From the NCBI RefSeq assembly GCF_026571515.1, contig NW_026860005.1, forward strand, positions 62,001 through 126,000: a DNA stretch of 64,000 nucleotides, given 5' to 3'. Made by a program: the position numbers and the translations under genes. This document shows positions 55,801 to 64,000 of the stretch, in pieces. Each line of letters starts with the position of its first letter. Position 1 is the first letter of the stretch. This stretch comes from Ruditapes philippinarum (taxonomy: Eukaryota). A model generated the notes under the pieces. The model ran no database searches and was not told the origin of the DNA. It saw only the letters and a list, made by a program, of their open reading frames with translations.

Positions 55801-58800
55801 TTAGTCTCTTAAAAACATGTCCATAATTAGTATCTTAAACCCTATCCATAATTAATTAGTTTCTTAAAACCTGTCCATAATTAGTCTCTTAAACCTGTCC
55901 ATAAGTAGTCTCTTAAACCTGTCCATAATTAGTCTCTTTAAACCTGTCCATAATTAGTCTCTTAAACCTGTCCATAATTAGTCTCTTTAAGCCTGTCCAT
56001 AATTAGTCTCTTAAAACCTGTCCATAATTAGTCTCTTAAACCTATCAATAATTAGTCTCTTTAAGCCTGTCCATAATTAGTCTCTTAAAACCTGTCCATA
56101 ATTAGTCTCTTAAAACCTGTCCATAATTAGTATCTAAAAACCTGTCCATAATTTATTAGTTTCTTTAAACCTGTCCTTAATTAGTCTCTTAAACCTGTCA
56201 TTAATTAGTCTCTTAAAACCTGTCCATAAGTAGTCTTATAAAATCTGTCTACAAGTAAACCTTACTTTTTTAGGGTGGAAGACCTGTACCTGTTATTGTA
56301 CCCCAAGATGTGAAGGGTCCATTAGACTTCATTGCATCAAAGATGACCAGAAAAGCAGCTGGAATAAGTGAAAGCAACAAGTACTTGTTTCCAAATACTG
56401 GTGAGCAATTGAAAAATAAAGTTTTATAAGACATAATGATCAAATACATGTCTTCTAAAAATACTTACAACCATTTTTATATTAGTGCTCATAATTTTCA
56501 AAGTTGATTGTCATCTGTTAAAGAAATGATCTATTATAGCTGAAGTTGTATACATGTCATCAGTATGCAACTAATACCAAGGTTTCAGATAAAAAAGCAT
56601 AAATTGTCGATGTTTATATTTCTGTTAATAACACTTGAAAAAGTTGTGAATATCGAACTAACTAAAATAATTGAATGTTTTTACCATTTGTTTGCATATT
56701 AATACATTCTGGAACATTTAATTTCGCTACAATTTCTGTTGCAAATATGTAAACAAAGTTGTAATATTGACCTTGCCTGTACATGTAATGTAAATATTTG
56801 GGACTCTTCACCTGTTGTATTTCTTTATCACACAATATTTATATGCTGTGTATCTTTGTCAAAGTATCCTATTTTTTATGTTTTTTTTTTATTTTTATGC
56901 TTTTAATAAAATCTTTTACGATGTTCTGCGTAATACACTTAATGGGTACATTTCCTTTCAGCTCTCAAGTACATTAGAGCATATGACAGCTTGAAGATTG
57001 CATGCGATTCGTGCAAGCTGAAATCGCCCCAGCGAATAACAAGTGTGGCCATGAGAAAATATACTGCTACCTTGTCACAGGTTTGTTTCAGCAGTTAAAT
57101 GAATTGATACCTATATGGAAAAATGTAGAGCTCATTAGAAGCCGCAAATTGAGAAATATGACATTGCTAAAATGAAGAAGAAATTGTCTTGGCAGCATCA
57201 TAAACCTTCAGTCTGTTGAGGTCTATGACATTTTCATTCTTATGAAACTTTGTCAGAATGTTTATACTGTTTAAATGATCATAGAGCTCAAAACATGGCC
57301 ATGTGCATCAACCCTTAATCTTTGTTAAGGGGTTAATGTTTGAAACAGTTTTTGTCATGACCCCTATTTATAAGTTTGCAATCCAATTTCTTCCAGCTGA
57401 TGAATCTTGATAAGTACCAGATGGACTGGCTGTGTCGTCACCTTGGCCATACAAAACCTGTCCACAGAGAAGCATACAGGCAAATGTCTGGTTTGATTGA
57501 GAGAGTCTATGTTACCAAACTAATGATGGTGCAAGACTTGAATTTAACCGGGCAGTTCAAGGGGCAGTCATTAGAAGATATTGATTTGAAAGGTACAGCT
57601 GTCTTTTATATATAAATTTTCTTGGTACTGGGTATATTTGCTTGCCAGCTTAGCTCAATATTTCTGACATTAAGTCTAAGGTCGTTTTTATCTCAGTGCT
57701 GATTCAGAAATCACATTTTATAACTAGTTAATTCTTTTTATAATATTGACAGTGAACAGTGCACATAATGCAGTCCTTGGAATTGACATTAAATTTTTTT
57801 ATTCTAGTATATTAATTTTGTAGCATGTTCATATTAATTGCAGATTAAGTTACAGTTGGTTGGATTTATCTGCAGGGTATTATTTAATATTTTGACATAT
57901 TGCTGCTAATTTAAGAATAATACAAGCGTGTATTTATGTCTCAGATATTGTGTATGGGGCAGATGAGCAGCAGGAAGGAAGAAGAGTTGATGAGACTTTA
58001 GACTCTGTTGATGGGTAAGTATATTATGTTGTGCTGTCAAGAAGTAAATTGGTAAATGTATTTTACACCTCGAAATGCTTGATGATACTGCGTGATTACT
58101 AGATGACTTTGATGTTGCTTGACTTGCAGCTTCTCTTATGGTTTTTTTTCTCAATTAAATATTTCTGAGGACTGTATCTTTAACAAAATAGATTATGAAG
58201 GACACAACATAACTAATTAGTCTGCATAAAAATCAGGCCAAGTGCATATTGTGGCATTGCTTCATGAAATCAATAATACAACTCGACATGCTGTCATTTC
58301 AACAATACATAGTGGCTTATTTGATTAGAAGGATGTTAAGTAAGGGTAAATATGTACCAAAATTGATGTAACATTGACTAGATCAATATGGTGTAATTTT
58401 TAAAGATTCTTGTATCAACTGTTTACAGTATACATGAAGACTCTGACTGTACTCAAGACAAACAGTCAGGAAAAAGAAACTTCAGTGCTATTTCCTCAGA
58501 TGAAGAAGAAGATAAAGTACATGCACCAGAAAAAAAGAAAAGGAAAAAGATGACAGCTCGTCAGAGATGGACTGATACTGAAGTTGAAGAGTTAAGGACT
58601 TATTCTAAAACCTACCTTGACAGTGGAATAACTCCTCGCAGACCTGCTTGTTTAAAAGCAAAAAAAATGAGTCAGGAAAAGGGTGGTGAGATTTGGAGAA
58701 GGGCAAATCTGCACCTAATTATCAAGAAGATCAGCAATATGAACCATAAGTAAAACCACTGAGTTTAATTAAACATTGTTCATATTGCCATAAGAATTTG

Positions 58801-61363
58801 TCCTTTAGAATATTGTTGTAATCTTAAATACTTATTGTTGGATTTTCATGGAAATTACATATAGGTCAGTCAGCTTAACACAGTGTTTCTTTTTTTAAAT
58901 GACTGGTTAAATAAGATAGTACACTTCTGTTAGCCTATTAATTTAGGAAAAGCATAGAGTTATTATAATGGGAGAGAGAGTATTACCATGGAATGTGTGC
59001 ATGGTACATTGACATTGTAAATCTGAATTTTGTAACCATAATTCAACCTTGTTCCTCAGATTTTTTTGTTTACCCTTGTTTATTCATTGATCTGAAGCCA
59101 TTTTCATCTAGTGTTCTTTATTTCTTTAGCCTGTTAAGGACTTGTTAGAAAAAATATAGGCTACCTAAAAACATTTATTTTTCATTGCAAATGTTGTTTT
59201 GTTCATCAACAGTTATTTTTCTCCATCTTATGAATAAAGTTATAAAGGAGGCACTCTGTTTTGTTTTGTTTCATTATGTGACATTGTGCATCATTAACCC
59301 TTCATAGTATTTATAACCATGTAAAATTTCTTAAAAATTTACCTATTCAAATAACTTGTATAACATGCAGAAATCGTGATGAAATATCAACATAATACAT
59401 GTCTGTTGCCATAACTGAATTTCACTAAGGCCATTTACTGACAGATTATGGTTACCTGTTGAGAAATTAGTAATGACTGCTTAGTTGTCCCAAGAAAGCC
59501 ATTAAGATGGACCTAGTACTGAGATATGAACAAAAATGTATAGAGAAATGCATGTAATCCAGACAAACAAAAGGAATTGTTTGTCTCTTGTTAAGTTTTC
59601 TACCAACTAGACCATCAAACTCTTATTTACAGTTCTTGTTAAACATGTATGTTCTATAAAGAGATTAAATACTTTTATTTAGACTCTTTAAATACGGACA
59701 TAAGTCAACACATAAAACTGAAATGTTAGAAAACTTTTTGAAGACACATAAAACCTAATTGAATGAAGTCACATTATCCATAGACTCTTAAACCCAAAAT
59801 GTTGGTCCGTCCTTCCGTCCGTCCGTCCGTCCGATATTTTTGTCCGGAGCATATCTCTAAAAGTATTTGAGTAATCAACTTGAAACTTCATAATTGAATA
59901 GACCTTATTGAGGAGGAGTGCAGTGCACAAGAATGATAACTCTACCCTGCATAATTTTTGAGTTATTGCCCTTTGTTATTTTTCAAAATTGATTTTTGTC
60001 AAGAGCATAACTCCAAAAGCCTATGAGATATCAACATGAAACTTCATAGGTGCATAGATCTCACTCAGGAGGTGTGCAGTGCACAAGAATGATAACTCTA
60101 CTCTTCATCATTTTTGAGTTATTGCCCTTTGTTAGTTTTCATACTTAATTGTTCAATTCAATTTTTTCTCAAAAAGTATTTGAGGTATCAACTTGAAACT
60201 TCATAGGTGGATAGATTTTACTGAGGAGGGATGCAGCACACAAGAATGATAACATACCCTGCATTATTTTTCAGTCATTGCCCTTTGTTATTTTCCGCCA
60301 TCAGTATTCACATAGGTTTCAAATCTGTAATCACTATAGCCTATAGCCATCAGTTTTCATTACCAAAAGACCTCTTAAAATGGAATTATTCTGCTGTTCT
60401 ACATATACATTCTTCCAATGAGCAAACACATTCGGCGGGGGATGGCCTTGTTGACATGGCTCTTGTTTATTTTGTTGTTGTTGATGTTCTTTACGGATTC
60501 AATGTTTTCTCGGTTGTATCTATAAGGCTAAGAAGATGCCTTACACTAAGTTATCACTCTTCCTATTTGTTCGTATTTCATACAAACGATGTAGGATGAT
60601 TACAGAAATGTTTATTGCCTTCCTTAGGTTTGGTGTGGTGACATGAAGAATGAAGAAAAAATTAAACAAATTCATACGGACCCTCACAGTTATTTCATGT
60701 TCAGGTACAACTACAATGTATTTGCAAATGCAATATGTATATTCACTACAACTATTAGGAACATACTTTGCATTTTCAGTCAATGAAAGAAAATATACTT
60801 AGTCCTTATAATGTATATGCATATTGTGAAAAATAAAGAGATTTAAGTAGATTTTTAAATGCAAAACTTTTTTAGACGAAATGCAACACCATATAGTAAC
60901 GTTAAATGAAAACTTTATTACACATTTATTGAACATATAAACGAGTATGTGTATTATTTATTTATAAATAACTTAATAATAAAGCGAAGTCATGCAACTT
61001 AAAATAGATCAGTGACTTGTCACGACTCGTATTGAACATCACTCGATTGTGCCCTTAGTATGCAGGCATGTCCCTTCATAACTCAGCAATGATTGATTAA
61101 TTAATGTTCGCTTACCAGCTCTATTACAAGTAGAGAAACTGATAGCGAACAGCATGGATCCTGATCAGACTGCACGCATGCGCAGGCTGGTCTGGATCCA
61201 TGCTGGTCGAAAACGCACTATGTTGGCTTTGTCGTGACGCGGCTCATTTAATCTATTTTTCAGAGTGGTAGGACCTCTACAAAATTCAGTGGAGTTTTCG
61301 AAAGCCTGGAATTGCCCGATCGGTTCTTACATGAATCCCCCGGACAAATGTTCGGTTTGGTAG
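25829..61363 (+). CDS. Neprilysin-like M13 zinc metallopeptidase, 20 exons (~693 codons; N-terminal exon unresolved)
   Basis: Exons 25829-25876, 26750-26911, 28094-28177, 28509-28726, 30305-30484, 31637-31723, 32511-32644, 34741-34837, 35455-35583, 36579-36677, 37111-37188, 37615-37718, 38105-38163, 38934-38985, 39444-39511, 40339-40472, 41579-41644, 42465-42569, 60628-60704, 61264-61363; all GT-AG, phase-consistent, no stops. Motifs: [81 protein letters not shown]. Confidence 0.95.
27210..27590. repeat. Degenerate minisatellite (AAAGAATGTTATAACGTTTTT-like)
   Basis: About 12 variable units within a neprilysin intron. Confidence 0.7.
27921..28057. mobile_element. Half copy of the palindromic MITE flanked by a 40-bp duplication
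   Basis: Flanks 27881-27920 and 28058-28097 are identical apart from 1 nt. Confidence 0.85.
29584..30274. mobile_element. TIR element carrying two convergent tRNA-like modules
   Basis: Imperfect ~30-bp TIR (TCCAACAATATTGATCTGGCGC / GTGCCAGGTCAATGTTGTTGGA); + strand A/B boxes at ~29708-29763; - strand A/B boxes at ~30085-30146. Confidence 0.65.
30630..31600. repeat. ~43-45-bp minisatellite (GCAATTATATGTGAACATTCTTTGAATCATTTAATACAAGGCA)
   Basis: About 20 tandem units, with near-identical units at ~31260-31400. Confidence 0.9.
31819..31993. mobile_element. Palindromic MITE with TGAGCC..GGCTCA termini
   Basis: Terminal inverted repeats plus the internal GATCAGGATCCATGCTG palindrome. Confidence 0.8.
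32760..34665 (+). mobile_element. Truncated, internally deleted L2/CR1-group LINE (RT fragments, 3' UTR, tail)
   Basis: [65 protein letters not shown]; ends with AATAAA plus (TATGT)n at ~34640-34665. Confidence 0.85.
33290..33506 (-). mobile_element. tRNA-derived SINE inserted into the LINE
   Basis: Minus-strand A box TGGTCGAGGGG, B box GGTTCGATCCC and (CAAA)n tail; 12-bp TSD TTAAAGCTATGC at 33278-33289 and 33507-33518. Confidence 0.88.
39444..39511 (+). CDS. Neprilysin-like exon with the HExxH zinc-binding motif
   Basis: [22 protein letters not shown]. Confidence 0.95.
40499..41139. mobile_element. Tc1/mariner-type MITE
   Basis: Imperfect TIRs TACGAGGTTTGTCTAAAAGTTCACATAAC and GTTATGCATTTTTTTTGACAAACCTCAT. 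Confidence 0.65.
43480..43800 (+). promoter_or_regulatory. Putative promoter/5' region of the nested YR gene
   Basis: CpG-rich; NRF1-like CGCGCATGCGCT (~43529); YY1-like AAAATGGCGG (43787-43796); donor CAAG|GTGAGT at ~43566; candidate UTR exon 44417-44498. Confidence 0.4.
45672..46827. mobile_element. Non-autonomous TIR DNA element in an intron of the YR gene
   Basis: ~38-bp imperfect TIRs CATGGTGGTCACGGACACGATG..GGTGTTCATTCG and CGAATGAACACC..CATCGTGTGGGGACACCATG. Confidence 0.7.
47117..47540. mobile_element. MITE with TAGG..CCTA termini and ATATCGCAATAT subterminal repeats
   Basis: TAGGGGTGTGCAATATATCGC ... GCAATACTCAGGCCTA. Confidence 0.6.
49970..52660 (+). repeat. Tandem exon+intron duplication (3 near-identical units) with internal 42/45-bp coding repeats
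   Basis: The intron block AATACAGTGTGTGTTTAAG...TGTCTTATAG recurs at ~49974, ~51025 and ~52254; exons encode DNDGD(I/M)EIQxNKSVN and [14 protein letters not shown]. Confidence 0.95.
53069..57592 (+). CDS. Zinc-finger and tyrosine recombinase core exons of the nested gene
   Basis: [20 protein letters not shown]; [18 protein letters not shown]; [13 protein letters not shown]; [12 protein letters not shown]; MYNKRRSGE; RGKGGRPVPV; NKYLF; [10 protein letters not shown]; [19 protein letters not shown]. Confidence 0.88.
55615..56245. repeat. ~25-27-bp minisatellite (CCTGTCCATAATTAGTCTCTTAAAA)
   Basis: More than 20 tandem units directly upstream of the 56274 acceptor. Confidence 0.92.
59803..60468 (+). 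mobile_element. 5'-truncated Helentron/HINE-type element
   Basis: (GTCC)n at 59805-59832; ~157-bp tandem units; 3' GGCGGGGGATGGCCTTGTTGACATGGCTCTTGTTT. Confidence 0.75.
60628..61363 (+). CDS. Last two neprilysin-like exons, displaced beyond the 18-kb intron
   Basis: [26 protein letters not shown] | [32 protein letters not shown]; joins in phase 0 to the exon ending at 42569 (..QLFFLNEAQ). Confidence 0.93.
61106..61246. mobile_element. Palindromic MITE family, partial copy
   Basis: Matches 27921-28057 and 31819-31993; ends GCGGCTCA. Confidence 0.8.
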
Positions 61364-62245
61364 ACCACAACCGAGATAAGGAGTTGTTCTGATACATTGA
61401 GACGTGTACAAACGAATGATGTTATCCTCGTATTAACCGCTACCTTGTATTATGTATTTGCATTCTATTACTTCAAATTAAAAGAAAACAAATAATAAGT
61501 TTCTCATTGAAGTATGACTTTTTTTTAGAATTAGAGGTTTTGTTGACCAAATATCAAATAGTTTTATGTTAAGCAGTAATACATTGCGTTGTTTGCTTAA
61601 GGTTTGTAGAATTTCCAAATCGAATTTCAACATTTATTTAATAGTTTATTTAACATCAAATCAACGCGTAGGGCAACAAACAAGTGACATCGATATGCTA
61701 CCATTTGATTTTAAAAAGTTCGCTAAGTAGTAGTGGTGTGTTGTGTTTTGAAGTCAATTCAATAATGTTCTGTACATAAACATTGTAGTCATGCTTTTAG
61801 TGCTGAATTAATTAAATAATAAAACACTTTTCTTTGATTACTTGTAATGATTGATTTGTAATGATCCAAATGAGACTTGAGGAACTCGGTCACATCTCCT
61901 CTCAGGGTTTACAAACTTACTTACTTGTAGATAAAGTGACAATGACTCTTCAGGTAGTCGATAGATGCCCCTCAGCGTAAGAGTACATCTACCGCGGGTT
62001 TCATGAAACTGAAAGAAGTTAACGTCATTAAAAATATGACATATGTTGAAAGTATAAAGTTTTGAATGTTTCCCTTTCGAATGATATCTTAACAACTTTT
62101 CAATGACATTATAAAATAGAGATCTTGACAAAAGGGAAGGAAGGGAAGGCGCCCCGCGTATTCTTGAAGATCGAGTCATTATCTTGATCTTGTACATGTG
62201 TATCTTGTATCCTTCCTGATAGGCTTAGACAATTTACTTTAAATT

Positions 62246-63437
62246 AGGTATGTGAAGTTGGCTTGTACATTGCACATCGTAGTTCAGCCAATTACAAGCT
62301 TGTAGTTTGGTATTCAGCTTTTAGTTCGACTTGTATATTGTACTTGTAGTTCGCCAATTACAAGCTAGTAGTTGGGTATTCAGCTTGAAGTTCTGCCCAG
62401 ATATATCAGCATACGTTATATTTGAATTACAAGCTAGTAGTTGGGTATTCAGCTTGTAGTTTAGCCCATATACACCAGCATATACAATATTTGAATAACA
62501 AACTCAAGTTGGGTATTCAGCTTGTTGTTCGGACCAAATACACCAGCATACACATAATTTGAATTACAAGCGTGTAATTTGGTATTGAGCTTGTAGTTCA
62601 GCCCAGATACATCAGCATACGTTATATTTGAATTTCAAGCTAGTAGTTGGGTATTCAGCTTGTAGTTCAGCCCAGATACATCAGCATACGTTATATTTGA
62701 ATTACAAGCTAGTAGTTGGGTATTCAGCTTGTAGTTTAGCCCATATACACCAGCATATACAATATTTGAATAACAAACTCAAGTTGGATATTCAGCTTGT
62801 AGTTCCGCCCAAATACCCCAGCATACACTAAATTTGAATAACAAGCTTGTAGTTTGGTATTTAGCTTGTAGTTCAGCCCAGATACATCAGCATACGTTAT
62901 ATTTGAATTACAAGCTAGTAGTTGGGTATTCAGCTTGTAGTTCAGCCAAGAAACATCAGCATACGTTATATTTGAAGTACAAGCTAGTAGTTGGGTATTC
63001 AGTTTGTAGTTCGGACCAGATATACCAGCAAACATAATATTTGAATAACAAGCTAGTAGTTTGGATATTCAGCTTGTAGTTCAGCCCAAATACACCAGCA
63101 TACACAATATTTGGTTTACAAGCTAGTAGTTGGGTATTCAGCTTGTAGTTCGGACCAAATACACAAGCATACATAATATTTGAATTACAAGCTAGTAGTT
63201 GGGTATTCAGCTTGTAGGTCGGACCAGATACACCAGCATAGACAATATTTGAATTACAAGTTTGTAGTTGGGTATTCAGCTTGTAGTTCGGACCAAATGC
63301 ATTATTATATGGCAATATTGTGTATGCTGTTGTATTTGGTCCGAACTACAAGATGAATACCCAGCTACTAGCTTGTAATTGGCGAATTACAAGTTGAACA
63401 ACGATGTACAATGTACATAGGCCAACTTCACATACCT
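62246..63437. mobile_element. TIR element carrying a 69-bp tandem array
   Basis: TIRs AGGTATGTGAAGTTGGC (62246) and GCCAACTTCACATACCT (63421-63437); about 14 units of 69 bp, plus one inverted unit in the right arm. Confidence 0.85.
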
Positions 63438-63749
63438 CTTGAAATTACGTCATCTATGAAAATATCAGCATTACAATTCATTACATTACAAAAAATCAAA
63501 ATAAGGTTATTAAATCTTTTAAAAGCTAACATTATAAATTGTTGCTTACAGTTAACATTCTTATCAATAACTTTATTATGCGATAATGTATAGATCTATC
63601 ACTTCAATAAATAAATAAAACAGCAATCATGTATAATAGTGCATGGCAGTTCTTATTAATTTTTTCGTTTCGTATAAATATGAAACAGTGGCGTGATGTC
63701 AATTTTGCCATGAACCGCACTGACGACTAAAGCCAAAATGTCTTTATCT

Positions 63750-63880
63750 TGACATAAGATGACATTAAGAATGAACCATCGACATAGTTACTCTGGACAT
63801 AAGATGACATCAAGAATGGACCATCGACATATTTACTCTGGGCATAAGATGACATTAAGAATGGACCATCGACATAAACG
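63750..63880. repeat. ~45-bp tandem repeat x3
   Basis: GACATAAGATGACATTAAGAATGGACCATCGACATA occurs three times. Confidence 0.85.
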
Positions 63881-64000
63881 GACCTATGTGACATAAATGT
63901 GAGCTTGCAACGATATCATAGTGGCCCGATGAGGTGAACTGTGATTTCTCAAATCAGAATGACCGTCAAAGTCACAATTAAAAGATTGAAAGAATACCGA

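Larger units (their letters stand above)
45075..58753 (+). pseudogene. Multi-exon tyrosine recombinase gene (PWWP-like, D/N repeats, Zn fingers, YR, Myb/SANT-like) with 4 apparent frameshifts
   Basis: Exons 45071-45198, 45461-45531, 48349-48426, 49696-49827, 50231-50815, 51282-52043, 52511-52657, 53069-54639, 54873-54996, 56274-56400, 56962-57080, 57397-57592, 57945-58014, 58429-58753; GT-AG and phase-consistent. YR motifs YNKRRSGE (R), TVRGKGGRPVP (K), ITSVAMRKY (box II R), HLGH, HREAYRQ (Y). Frameshifts at ~45149, ~53742, ~53788 and ~54275. Confidence 0.8.
42736..59685 (+). mobile_element. Putative ~16.9-kb tyrosine-recombinase (Crypton-like) element nested in neprilysin intron 18
   Basis: 14-bp direct repeat CTTTTATTTAGACT at both ends; contains a complete spliced YR gene with promoter-like region and polyA signal. 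Removing it leaves a 1.1-kb intron like the gene's other introns. Confidence 0.65.

Noticed and set aside
42750-59671. Terminal inverted repeats for the YR element
   Set aside because: Only a weak CTTTAT..GAACA similarity between the inner ends; not significant in AT-rich DNA.
62628-63315. ORFs with 23-aa repeats on both strands
   Set aside because: Artefact of the 69-bp tandem array.

Overview
AT-rich, intron-rich animal genomic DNA; the repeat families suggest a bivalve mollusc (inference). Contents in order: (1) the last three exons of an unidentified + strand gene (2127-9343) among Helentron/HINE-type repeats; (2) a decayed Ty3/Gypsy LTR retrotransposon (19603-24371) with a CGGAC target-site duplication and an almost fully deleted 3' LTR; (3) a neprilysin-like M13 zinc peptidase gene, hand-spliced into 20 phase-consistent exons (25829-61363). 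Its 18th intron is 18 kb, whereas the others are 2.1 kb or less. That intron holds a ~16.9-kb segment bounded by a perfect 14-bp direct repeat (CTTTTATTTAGACT, 42736-42749 and 59672-59685). The segment carries its own promoter-like region and a 14-exon, same-strand gene for a ~1,475-aa protein: PWWP-like N-terminus, tandem-exon Asp/Asn repeats, zinc fingers, tyrosine recombinase and a Myb/SANT-like C-terminus. The right boundary lies inside a 13-8-13 imperfect palindrome. This large, spliced, Crypton-like YR element with a candidate chromatin-reader domain is the main finding; four apparent frameshifts suggest decay or assembly error. All calls were read by eye and no searches were run.
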